Shown here: positions 1 to 6,965 of the stretch, in pieces | Layout of the letters: the number at the start of each line of letters is the position of its first letter | Position numbering within the stretch: position 1 is the stretch's first letter | Source: a virus | Lineage: Duplodnaviria > Caudoviricetes | DNA length: 27,692 nt | Strand: one strand, 5' to 3' | Virus record (IMG/VR): IMGVR_UViG_3300049180_000012 | Span: 1 to 27,692 of that record | Notes under the pieces: generated by a model | Told to the model about the DNA's origin: nothing | What the model saw: the letters and a program-made list of their open reading frames with translations, nothing else | Databases searched by the model: none | Program-made: the position numbers and the translations under genes

Positions 1-81
1 CGGTCTGCCTGTGCCCATCCAATTGTTCGGATAGCTAACAGGCCCACCGCAATTGCCGCATGTGCCGATTACTTGGCTCAT
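1..81 (-). CDS. Partial small CxxC protein (MSQVIGTCGNCGGPVSYP...), runs off the window
   Basis: ATG at 81 with GGAGG SD 5 nt upstream; CGNC motif; not in ORF track. Confidence 0.65.
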   Translation of the reverse strand, partial: MSQVIGTCGNCGGPVSYPNNWMGTGRP

Positions 82-126
82 CTTATCCTCCTAAAGACAC
101 CTGAGCGCGTCCGGTGCGGGCGTCGA

Positions 127-309
127 TCATGACCAACTATCCCAACCGTGCGGGCAAAGTTCTCGCGCTGCCGCAACGGCGCGCTCCGCGGCCTCGATTT
201 GGCTGTTCGGGCGCTCGCCGGCTAGGACCTCGATCACGGCCCTTTCCAGATGCGCTTTAGCCTCTGTGAGGTAGCGCATGACGCTTAGCTGTTTGGCTGT
301 GTATTCCAT
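127..309 (-). CDS. Hypothetical phage protein, 60 aa
   Basis: Abuts stop of the upstream gene at 310; helical protein-like composition. Confidence 0.65.
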   Translation of the reverse strand: MEYTAKQLSVMRYLTEAKAHLERAVIEVLAGERPNSQIEAAERAVAAARELCPHGWDSWS

Positions 310-645
310 CTATCCGGCCCGTCCTTGTGACTTTTCCCTGAGCTTGGAGAGAAAGGCGTCGGTCCCATCCACGAACGCGCAAACTTTTTCGTGTTGCTCG
401 GGGTTCACGCAGTATTGCGGGCTATCGTACTCATCCATCAGGAACCGATCGGCATAATCCTTGCCGAGCCTGACCACCTTCTCCGCTTCTCTCAGATCCG
501 ATAGAACAGAGACTAATGCGCGGATGGCACCATGAACTGGCGGGGTTTCTGTGCCCTCGCGTACCCATCCGGCCACGACAACCGCACCCTCGCGGTCCAT
601 TTCCGCAGCCAACAGCTCCCGCGCTTCTTTCTCTAGGTCGTCCAT
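310..645 (-). CDS. Hypothetical phage protein, 111 aa
   Basis: TAATG coupling with upstream ORF, GAGG SD; natural amino-acid composition. Confidence 0.8.
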   Translation of the reverse strand: MDDLEKEARELLAAEMDREGAVVVAGWVREGTETPPVHGAIRALVSVLSDLREAEKVVRLGKDYADRFLMDEYDSPQYCVNPEQHEKVCAFVDGTDAFLSKLREKSQGRAG

Positions 646-818
646 TATTTCTGGTCCTCTCGCGCGGCGACGCCGGTTTGCGTATGGTAGGCGTAGATGT
701 TCGTGTCCCCGAAAGAGTAAACGCAGGACAGGTGCCCATCCTTGATCAACTGCCTCGCCGCGCGAAGGGCCAGCACGCCGTCGCTGTCATCGTTCAGATG
801 CAGAATGACGCGCCTCAT
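645..818 (-). CDS. Hypothetical phage protein, 57 aa (MRRVILHLNDDSDGVLALRAARQLIKDGHLSCVYSFGDTNIYAYHTQTGVAAREDQK)
   Basis: Not in ORF track; ATGA overlap at 815-818 and TAATG overlap at 643-647, so it exactly fills the gap. Confidence 0.75.
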   Translation of the reverse strand: MRRVILHLNDDSDGVLALRAARQLIKDGHLSCVYSFGDTNIYAYHTQTGVAAREDQK

Positions 819-1126
819 TTCTCACCCCCGTCTATGCGAGCGAGGATGGCGCGGGCACGTTCCTGCGCTGCGATGAAATACTGGCGCGGCGTGCAGTTGA
901 AGTCCTCGTCAACCATCTGCCGCAGCAGGGCTTCCATAGCGTGGGCTTCGGCGATCAGGCGGGCGTTTGCAGCCCAGTTGGCTCTGCTGGCGTCACATCC
1001 CTTCGATGGTATTTCGCAGATAATATCGCCGCGGATGGCGGCACGGGTCACAACCCTCCGAATGGTGCCATCGTCCGGATCGTAATTGACCCGCCACGGC
1101 CCCGGCGTCGCTTTTGAAGATCCCAT
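815..1126 (-). CDS. TPGPW-motif phage protein
   Basis: TPGPW ... ANARLIA motif common in phage early proteins; ATG 1126 directly follows the ninB stop with GAGG SD. Confidence 0.8.
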   Translation of the reverse strand: MGSSKATPGPWRVNYDPDDGTIRRVVTRAAIRGDIICEIPSKGCDASRANWAANARLIAEAHAMEALLRQMVDEDFNCTPRQYFIAAQERARAILARIDGGEK

Positions 1127-1127
1127 A

Positions 1128-1511
1128 TTATGCAGCCTCCGATTCATTGGACCAGCGGATCTGATGCTCAGCGCCGAACGTGAACATGTACTCGATCAGC
1201 GTGGTCATCTGGCTTTTGGTCAGGTTGGACGAGCGGAAACCCTGCGGGAACGGTCGCCCGTCCAGTCCTTCGATGAACTGGCATTCCCAGCCGCAGGCGT
1301 TCATGAGGATTGCCTTCCAATCGTCCGGCGTGTGCTTGCGGCCCATCGGCTCGGCCTTCGAGATGTCCGTCAGCATCGCCCAGAAACGGTCGTTCTGTTC
1401 CGTGGTGCGCTTGGCCTCGACTATCCGGACAATGGCTTTCGGCGGCGCGCGGTCGATCTCGCGTTTGGCTCGAAGCCGTTGCATCTCGCCGTGGAGGATG
1501 ATCGTCCTCAT
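1128..1511 (-). CDS. ninB: NinB (Orf) family recombination protein
   Basis: KRTTEQNDRFWAMLTDIS, DDWK, GFRSSNLTKSQMTTLIEY..FGAEHQIRWS signature; ATGA-coupled start at 1511. Confidence 0.9.
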   Translation of the reverse strand: MRTIILHGEMQRLRAKREIDRAPPKAIVRIVEAKRTTEQNDRFWAMLTDISKAEPMGRKHTPDDWKAILMNACGWECQFIEGLDGRPFPQGFRSSNLTKSQMTTLIEYMFTFGAEHQIRWSNESEAA

Positions 1512-1834
1512 GCCAGCTTGCCCTTGTGTGGGGAATTGCGAAAAAATTCCTCGGCCAGCGCGCGCATGTTGATCTTGTTGCGACGCTCGAACTCTGGCTC
1601 GCCAAGCTGATGTTGGCGGGCATGGCAATCCCGGCAGAGGGAGATGCACCATTTATCCGATGGCTTGATCCCGGTCCCGCCGTCAGTGCCGTTGCGGACG
1701 TGCGCACACTCGATCGCCACCTGCGAACCGCAGGCGCAGCAGGCGAAACCCCGCACCCACGCACGATGCGCGGGGCTCCGCTTGCCTACGTCCTTCTTGT
1801 TGGACGAGTGATCGATGCGCGCCGGGAGAGCCAT
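1508..1834 (-). CDS. DUF968/HNH-like Zn-binding putative nuclease
   Basis: RSPAHRAWVR..CCACG..AHVR..GGTGIKPSD...LCRDCH..QH motif. Confidence 0.8.
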   Translation of the reverse strand: MALPARIDHSSNKKDVGKRSPAHRAWVRGFACCACGSQVAIECAHVRNGTDGGTGIKPSDKWCISLCRDCHARQHQLGEPEFERRNKINMRALAEEFFRNSPHKGKLA

Positions 1835-2112
1835 CAGAACGGCGGATTGTCCGAGGCCGCGTCATATCCGCCACCCTTGCGGTAGTTCGGATAATCCTTG
1901 GCGGGTTCGTTCCTGGCGGCAGTCTGCTCGCGCGGCTCCATCATCACGACCTTGGCGCGGCCATCCGGACCGGGCAGAGGGAGCGCGTCGAGAATGAGCG
2001 TGATCCGCCCGTCCTTCTCGAAAGCCGTCCCCACGCGCGTCCACGCCGTCTTGGTTTGCCCGTTGCGGTCCTCATACTCACGCGGAACCGCTGCGTCGTA
2101 TCTCTTGCTCAT
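1834..2112 (-). CDS. Small ssDNA-binding-like protein
   Basis: Beta-rich TKTAWTRVGTAF...LILDALP core with SSB-type acidic C-terminus DNPPF; next to exonuclease and ERF. Confidence 0.65.
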   Translation of the reverse strand: MSKRYDAAVPREYEDRNGQTKTAWTRVGTAFEKDGRITLILDALPLPGPDGRAKVVMMEPREQTAARNEPAKDYPNYRKGGGYDAASDNPPF

Positions 2113-2774
2113 CAACCCGCCCTCAGAAGATCCACCACCTTTTGCGCCCCGGCGTATTCGGGGTCGAAACGGCGACGGAGTTGGTCAACCTTGTCCTCGA
2201 CTTCTCCAAGGAAGCCGGAAACCTCGCGCTCGAGATCGGAGATCATCGTGTCGTCGCGGTGGACCCGCTTGACGAACAACCGCATCGCCTCGGGGACGCG
2301 AGGATCATAGCTGGCGAAGTCGCACCAGCCCCGGCCGGTTGACGCCATCTGCCACATCATCTGTGTGATGTACTTGGCCGGCACCGTTCCGCTCAGCAGC
2401 GTCTCGATATGGGTAGCGGTGTTCGGTGCCTTAATCTCGATCATCCCGAGATCGCCGATCAAGCCGTCAGGCGATGCGCCCGACATCTTGACGGTCGGAT
2501 GGTCGATGAACCCCACCTCCGCCACATCGACATCGTGCCGGAAGCAATAGGCGATCCGCGCCTCTTCCTCGGTGTCGATGCCGTGCTGCATGGCGGCGTT
2601 CACGAACGATGGCTCCACCTCGCCGGTCAGCCGCTCGCAGACGAGCTGCGCGAGATAGTTGGCGCGGCTCGCGCTCGGCCCTGATTTGGTCTTGGCGATG
2701 ACATCGGCGACGCGCGAGGCGGTCACTTTACCGCATCTGGCCGCCATCCAGTCGTCGGTGCGCTGGAGCATCAT
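2112..2774 (-). CDS. YqaJ / lambda-exonuclease family protein
   Basis: QRTDDW..ARCGKVTAS, AMQHGIDTE, GASPDGL, IEIKAP, Y..Q..WQM motifs. Confidence 0.95.
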   Translation of the reverse strand: MMLQRTDDWMAARCGKVTASRVADVIAKTKSGPSASRANYLAQLVCERLTGEVEPSFVNAAMQHGIDTEEEARIAYCFRHDVDVAEVGFIDHPTVKMSGASPDGLIGDLGMIEIKAPNTATHIETLLSGTVPAKYITQMMWQMASTGRGWCDFASYDPRVPEAMRLFVKRVHRDDTMISDLEREVSGFLGEVEDKVDQLRRRFDPEYAGAQKVVDLLRAG

Positions 2775-3334
2775 GCCGCCGCCTTTCTTTTGGTTTCGAG
2801 GGCTTGGATGGCGGCGTGGTACTGGCTAGCCGGCAGCGACGAGATGGTGCGCACTTTCATGTGCTTGAGGAACCGCGTCATGTCCGCGCCCACCTCCTCA
2901 GCCAACGCCTGTATGTTCGCGGCTTGATCGTCGCTGATGAACACGGGCTCGACTGGCGCGGACTTGACGGCGGAGTTGCCGTCGTCGTCCTCTGCGGGAA
3001 TACCGAACGCGGTCTGGAGGGCATAGCGGCGGGCGTACGTAAGCGCCGACCCATATCCGTGGGCGTCGCTCTTGCTCGCCGGGATGAACACCGTGCCGAG
3101 AGACTTCTCTGCGCCAGATGAATGGGCGAGGATCGTCTCGACGCAGGCACCGCCCTGCTGTTCATGGCTGATCTGCCAGAAGAAGAGGCCATGCTCGGCG
3201 AGCGCCGGCTTAATCGCGGCCATCACGGCCCCAAGATCGGCGTAGCGGCTCTTGAACGCCGGATTATTCCTGTCCTTGATGGCTGCTTCCAGCTTTGGGA
3301 ATGCCAGCGCCATCGCGGCATAAAGCGGTTCCAT
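2771..3334 (-). CDS. erf: ERF-family single-strand annealing protein
   Basis: NPAFKSRYADL, GSALTYARRYAL..AFGI..EDDDGN signature; strong GGAGG SD before ATG 3334 (alternative coupled start at 3421). Confidence 0.93.
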   Translation of the reverse strand: MEPLYAAMALAFPKLEAAIKDRNNPAFKSRYADLGAVMAAIKPALAEHGLFFWQISHEQQGGACVETILAHSSGAEKSLGTVFIPASKSDAHGYGSALTYARRYALQTAFGIPAEDDDGNSAVKSAPVEPVFISDDQAANIQALAEEVGADMTRFLKHMKVRTISSLPASQYHAAIQALETKRKAAA

Positions 3335-3417
3335 GTCTGAACCTCCCTCCGCTGCACCCCCGGAAATTGCAGCGGGTAGAGGGGCCGTCGCTAGGCGATC
3401 CGGGGCGGCTTGGGTGG

Positions 3418-3651
3418 TCATGCGTTGGCCAAATCGTAATCAGAGGGATCGCCATCGCCGCGGCACTTGCCCTGATCGTCGTAGAGATAGGTCGTCGTGG
3501 ATTCTCTCTCGTGCTGGCTTTTCGGGTTCTGGTAATTGCAGACCACGGCCCGGCGTTTGGTGTTGCCGACAGCCTTTTGCCACGGATCTTGCGGCATCAG
3601 GATCGCGGGCCGTCCTCCGACCGTGACTAGCTTGCCAGACCAATCGATCAT
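3418..3651 (-). CDS. Hypothetical phage protein, 77 aa
   Basis: AGGAG SD; MIDWS..LVTVGGRPA...YDL pattern typical of small phage proteins. Confidence 0.75.
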   Translation of the reverse strand: MIDWSGKLVTVGGRPAILMPQDPWQKAVGNTKRRAVVCNYQNPKSQHERESTTTYLYDDQGKCRGDGDPSDYDLANA

Positions 3652-3666
3652 CTCATTCTCCTGGTA

Positions 3667-3843
3667 TTACTTCGCCTTCGCCCGTTCGAAATCATCACGG
3701 GCTTTGCGGTAAGCGAGATCGTCATGTGCTATTGATGCGTCGACCATGCGGTCATAGGCGGCGAGCATGTCCCGGCCCTTGCGGAGCGCGGCGACAGTAT
3801 CGGCGCTCACCAGCTCAGGGCGGATGATGGATTGAGCGTTCAC
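3667..3843 (-). CDS. Hypothetical phage protein, 58 aa
   Basis: GTGA overlap with upstream stop; GGAGG SD. Confidence 0.7.
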   Translation of the reverse strand: MNAQSIIRPELVSADTVAALRKGRDMLAAYDRMVDASIAHDDLAYRKARDDFERAKAK

Positions 3844-4088
3844 GCCGCATCCCTCCACCACTTGACCGGCTTCCCGAACACCCGAGACATCATCTCGTCA
3901 GTGGCAAGGTCATCCCGGTAGCCGTTGGTCTGGACGATCCAGAAGCAGGCGTTCTTGGTGGCTTCGGACATTGCCTCAGAAGCGTCGTCGCACTCTCCAA
4001 ACCGATCCTCGAAGATCTGGTGCAGCAGCTTCAAGGCGTGCTCGTCGGAGAGAGCGTCGAAGGGGGAGAGGATTTGCTCGTCGGTCAT
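3840..4088 (-). CDS. Hypothetical acidic phage protein, 82 aa (MTDEQILSPF...)
   Basis: GGAGG SD before ATG 4088, 1 nt after the previous stop; the longer 4412 start in the track overlaps another gene. Confidence 0.8.
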   Translation of the reverse strand: MTDEQILSPFDALSDEHALKLLHQIFEDRFGECDDASEAMSEATKNACFWIVQTNGYRDDLATDEMMSRVFGKPVKWWRDAA

Positions 4089-4089
4089 G

Positions 4090-4443
4090 CTACCTCCACT
4101 TCGGCGGCAACGGGATTTTTTCGTCGTGCGGACGCCAGATGTGCAGACAAAATGGGTGCACACTGATATGATCTTTGGTTGTGACGTGGAGCTGGAAAGC
4201 CACTTCGTCATCGCTAAAAAACAGCCGCTTGATGTGATCCATCTCGCCCCAACTCGGCGTCCGATTGCTGCGGCTGATCGAGACATGATCCCAGCCTTCG
4301 CCAGTGGCGGCCATGACGGCGAGAGGCTGGCGATCGAACGGAGATGGCACCTTGAAGCAACCACCGGTATCGTCGCCATCAGCGCCCAGCGCGCGCTCCC
4401 ACTGACGGTCACGGTACTGGTTCAGTTCGCGGAGCCGACGCAT
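4090..4443 (-). CDS. Conserved phage protein (DUF7694-like)
   Basis: GWDHVSIS...RTPSWGEM..IKRLFF..DE...QLH....HI..HPFCLHIWRP....P.PP motif; TGATG coupling. Confidence 0.85.
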   Translation of the reverse strand: MRRLRELNQYRDRQWERALGADGDDTGGCFKVPSPFDRQPLAVMAATGEGWDHVSISRSNRTPSWGEMDHIKRLFFSDDEVAFQLHVTTKDHISVHPFCLHIWRPHDEKIPLPPKWR

Positions 4444-4706
4444 CACCACCTCCCCGGCAGACGCGACACGACATCGACACCGAAAGTCTCCAGCGCGATC
4501 ACCGTGAACAATCCCAAGATCCCCGCGCAGAGCAGGATGAAGCAGCTCGACACGATGGCCTGATCACAGGCCCGCTCGATGCTGTCGTGCCATGCCCTTA
4601 CCCGCTGGACAGCGATCTTGGCGCGCCGGGAGAACGACAGGGTAGCGTCCTCCCGGCGCTGACCCGCCGGGGGAGCGGGGTTCGGAAAGTCGAATGGCGT
4701 TTGCAT
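4443..4706 (-). CDS. Hypothetical membrane protein
   Basis: C-terminal hydrophobic segment AIVSSCFILLCAGILGLFTVIAL; starts 1 nt after upstream stop. Confidence 0.7.
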   Translation of the reverse strand: MQTPFDFPNPAPPAGQRREDATLSFSRRAKIAVQRVRAWHDSIERACDQAIVSSCFILLCAGILGLFTVIALETFGVDVVSRLPGRW

Positions 4707-4707
4707 C

Positions 4708-5049
4708 TCAGCGCCCCTCGGCGCGGGCGATGGCGGCGCGCAATGCATCGCCACTATCCAGCTTGATGCCGAGTTCGCCCTCGGTATTGGCGATGTAGTT
4801 CAGCGCCTTTTTAGCCGCCTCAAGTAAATCCGGTGTGGCGGCTGCGAGACGGCAGTTATGCTCCGCCATCTCGTGGAGGAAATGCACCGGCTTGCTGCGG
4901 CCGCCATTCAGCACACTAGCCTCGGCGGGGTGGGACATTGTGTAGAAGTCCGCGATCGTATTGCCGACCGACGATACGATGTAATGACCGTGGAACTCTG
5001 TGGCTGGCACGTGTTCCCAAGGTCCAGGCGTATGCCCTACTTCACTCAT
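4708..5049 (-). CDS. TPGPW-motif phage protein, first gene of the PL operon
   Basis: HTPGPW ... NCRLAAATPDLLEA ... AAIARAEG; GGAG SD region before ATG 5049. Confidence 0.85.
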   Translation of the reverse strand: MSEVGHTPGPWEHVPATEFHGHYIVSSVGNTIADFYTMSHPAEASVLNGGRSKPVHFLHEMAEHNCRLAAATPDLLEAAKKALNYIANTEGELGIKLDSGDALRAAIARAEGR

Positions 5050-5081
5050 CTCCACCCCCCATGCGGCGGCTTATGGGGAGG

Positions 5082-5110
5082 AATGTGCATTAGACGCACA
5101 TCCATGTCAA
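5082..5110 (-). promoter_or_regulatory. PL-like sigma70 promoter (TTGACA-17 bp-CACATT)
   Basis: Perfect -35 at 5110-5105; same -10 hexamer and spacing as PR; operator lies between the boxes. Confidence 0.8.
5083..5101. promoter_or_regulatory. Operator OL1 (ATGTGCATTAGACGCACAT)
   Basis: 19-bp imperfect palindrome; 1 mismatch to the reverse complement of the 5628-5646 site. Confidence 0.85.
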
Positions 5111-5116
5111 CCGGGA

Positions 5117-5135
5117 AAGTGCATCACACGCACAT
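5117..5135. promoter_or_regulatory. Operator OL2 (AAGTGCATCACACGCACAT)
   Basis: 2 mismatches to ATGTGCATTACACGCACAT; 34 bp from OL1. Confidence 0.8.
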
Positions 5136-5198
5136 TATTCTTCCGCCGCCCGAATCAGCGCGCATCAACGCCGATCGTCGCTGGTAGCCGTGGCGCAC

Positions 5199-5225
5199 AA
5201 AAAAGCCCGGCGTTTAGGCCGGGCT
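5199..5225 (-). terminator. Rho-independent terminator of the repressor transcript
   Basis: Minus strand GCCCGGC-CTAAAC-GCCGGGC followed by TTTTTT, just downstream of the cI stop. Confidence 0.85.
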
Positions 5226-5250
5226 GGTTGGGGTGTTGATGGCGGCGCGG

Positions 5251-5565
5251 TTAGCCGTTCGTGCCCGTTTCCCGCACGAATGCCTCAAGGATCTTGATCG
5301 CCTTCTGCCGGTCCCGCGTCGGGAGCCGATCGAGAAGATCCACAACCTCCGCCGGGGTGCTGCCCGGCGGCCTCGATATCAGGTCAGTCTCGTCGCAGCC
5401 GTACATCTCGGCCAGGAACTCAAGCAGCCTCTGGTTGTATGGCTGCTCGCCGCGCTCGATTTTCCCGAGCTGCTGATGGGTGATGTGCAGCTCCTCGGCG
5501 ACCTGAACCAAGGTCTTGTTGCGGTGCTTCCGCCACTCCCGGAGATAGGTCCGCCTCATGTGCAT
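5251..5565 (-). CDS. cI: CI-like XRE-family HTH repressor without S24 peptidase domain (start 5565, 5577 or 5559)
   Basis: LREWRKHRNKTLVQVAEELHITHQQLGKIERG HTH_3 pattern; divergent from cro; flanked by operators. Confidence 0.9.
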   Translation of the reverse strand: MHMRRTYLREWRKHRNKTLVQVAEELHITHQQLGKIERGEQPYNQRLLEFLAEMYGCDETDLISRPPGSTPAEVVDLLDRLPTRDRQKAIKILEAFVRETGTNG

Positions 5566-5576
5566 ATGATGCACCA
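5558..5576. promoter_or_regulatory. Operator OR3-like (ATGTGCATATGATGCACCA) over the putative PRM -10 (TATGGT, 5578-5573) and the cI start
   Basis: Perfect ATGTGCAT half-site; 36 bp from the OR2-like site. Confidence 0.65.
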
Positions 5577-5593
5577 TACCCCATATCTTCGGG

Positions 5594-5612
5594 GAGGCTT
5601 CATTACGCACAT
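5594..5612. promoter_or_regulatory. Operator OR2-like (one good half-site, ACGCACAT)
   Basis: Half-site match, 34 bp from OR1, the same spacing as OL1-OL2. Confidence 0.55.
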
Positions 5613-5618
5613 TAAGGC

Positions 5619-5647
5619 TTGACGAGAATGTGCGTGTAATGCACATT
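5619..5647 (+). promoter_or_regulatory. PR-like promoter (TTGACG-17 bp-CACATT) containing operator OR1 5628-5646 (ATGTGCGTGTAATGCACAT)
   Basis: Mirror of PL; ATG of cro lies 6 nt after the -10 box. Confidence 0.85.
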
Positions 5648-5653
5648 TGGGAC

Positions 5654-5866
5654 ATGAAGCTCTCCGACTATCTCAATTCAGAAAATCTGACGGACGCGGC
5701 CTTAGCCGAGCGCATCAAGGTCGATCGGTCAACCGTGACCCGCCTACGCGGCGGCCAGATTCCCTCGCCTGAGGTGATGAAGGAGATAGCGCGCGTGACG
5801 GACGGCATGGTCACGCCAAACGACTTTTACGACCTGCCAGCCTCCGCGGCCGGGATGGCGGCGTGA
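5654..5866 (+). CDS. cro: Cro-like HTH repressor
   Basis: MKLSDYL...LTDAALAERIKVDRSTVTRL..G..PS......IARVTDGMVTPNDF; typical alphaproteobacterial Cro; no SD, likely leaderless. Confidence 0.9.
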   Translation: MKLSDYLNSENLTDAALAERIKVDRSTVTRLRGGQIPSPEVMKEIARVTDGMVTPNDFYDLPASAAGMAA

Positions 5867-6186
5867 CGGTGCTACATGCCTCGTCTGATCGGGGTGGGCT
5901 TTGCCTGCAATACCTCGGCTTGGGCGATTGCTCGCCGAGCGTTGGCGATGCTGGCGAGCAGATGATGAAGCGACGCGGCGAAGCGCAGGTCCTCGCCTCC
6001 GCTGCGCAGGAAGATGTGCGCCGTCCCGCCTTCGATTTCGACCCGGATCGGCTCGGATACCAGAAGCTCCACGTCAGCCATTTCGACTCTCCCCACCAAC
6101 GGCTGCAGCATGAATTTCCAAGCTGCTCCCCGTCTAGGCGGAAAGATGGTGCACGGGAATTTAACTTACCGGGGTCAGCCGCATGA
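5863..6186 (+). CDS. Doubtful coupled ORF antisense to 5872-6081
   Basis: GTGA overlap with cro stop and ATGA overlap with a 16-aa ORF (6183-6233), but shadow-like composition. Confidence 0.3.
   Translation: MTVLHASSDRGGLCLQYLGLGDCSPSVGDAGEQMMKRRGEAQVLASAAQEDVRRPAFDFDPDRLGYQKLHVSHFDSPHQRLQHEFPSCSPSRRKDGAREFNLPGSAA
5872..6081 (-). CDS. Antisense small protein, 69 aa (MADVELLVSEPIRVEIEGG...)
   Basis: GGGGAG SD 7 nt upstream; beta-strand plus helix pattern looks like a real protein. Confidence 0.65.
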   Translation of the reverse strand: MADVELLVSEPIRVEIEGGTAHIFLRSGGEDLRFAASLHHLLASIANARRAIAQAEVLQAKPTPIRRGM

Positions 6187-6229
6187 CCATCCCCACAGAA
6201 CGCAAAGCAACAGAACGGAGGCGGGGTCA

Positions 6230-6445
6230 ATGACACGGGAGATCGCCATCGCCTTGTCCGCCATCGGACTCAGCACGCTCGTCTGCGCCCTGATCTACGC
6301 CTGGGAGAAGCGGAAGTATCCCGGCGACTATTTCACCCGCCACTTCCCCGACGCTCCTGAACCTAAGGCTGAGCCTGTCTCTCCCGAGGAGGAGGTCCGG
6401 CTGCTGGAGGGTGTTTTCGATATCCATGGAGAGACTTCTAAATGA
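6230..6445 (+). CDS. Small single-pass membrane protein, 71 aa
   Basis: GGAGG SD; N-terminal hydrophobic helix IAIALSAIGLSTLVCALIYAW; ATGA coupled to the next gene. Confidence 0.75.
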   Translation: MTREIAIALSAIGLSTLVCALIYAWEKRKYPGDYFTRHFPDAPEPKAEPVSPEEEVRLLEGVFDIHGETSK

Positions 6446-6942
6446 CGCAGCGCAACAAGGTCCTCCCGTCCGGCAAAAGGTTAACGGAAGAAGACGCCCG
6501 CCGCGCGCTCTCCTTCGGGCTTTTGCGTCTCACATCGGAACACGGGCCGTCGCGCGTTGGCCTTGAGGCGGGATGCGACGAAAAGACGATCCGGAACGCG
6601 CGCGATCAGAAATCGACGCTTCGGCTCGATCTCGCGTTGAACCTGCTTGCCCTTGAGCCAACCGCGCTTGACGAGCTGTTTGCGGAGATAGGCTTCAGGC
6701 TCTCCCCGCTCCATTCGTCCTCGGCCAATGACCTGCACACCGCCGCCGGCCTTCTGGATGGCGCGTCCGAGATGATCCGGGCGCACGAGGATGGCGACCG
6801 CAGCCGGGCGGAAACCATCCGCATAGCCGACAAGCTGCGGCCGCACTTGCCCGCCGCCTTGGCGATCGTTCGCGAGGCCGACGAAATGCGCGGCGTAACA
6901 TCTTTCGCGGCGCGCGCCCACAACGCGCAGGACGTTGCGTGA
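6442..6942 (+). CDS. CII-position HTH regulatory protein
   Basis: HTH-like PSRVGLEAGCDEKTIRNARD..STLRLD; location downstream of cro. Confidence 0.65.
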   Translation: MTQRNKVLPSGKRLTEEDARRALSFGLLRLTSEHGPSRVGLEAGCDEKTIRNARDQKSTLRLDLALNLLALEPTALDELFAEIGFRLSPLHSSSANDLHTAAGLLDGASEMIRAHEDGDRSRAETIRIADKLRPHLPAALAIVREADEMRGVTSFAARAHNAQDVA

Positions 6943-6965
6943 AATCCGAGGCCATAGGAGGGGCT

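Noticed and set aside
4652-4671. CCCGGCG/CGCCGGG hairpin, possible tL1 or nut-like site
   Set aside because: No U tract, lies within a coding region, and 7-bp GC stems are common at this GC content
5057-5078. CCCCAT/ATGGGG inverted repeat near the first PL gene RBS
   Set aside because: The predicted PL start (about 5075) falls within one arm, so the hairpin probably cannot form fully
5257-5271. GTTC-N7-TTTC, near match to the alphaproteobacterial LexA box
   Set aside because: One mismatch, inside the cI 3' end and not at a promoter; expected by chance
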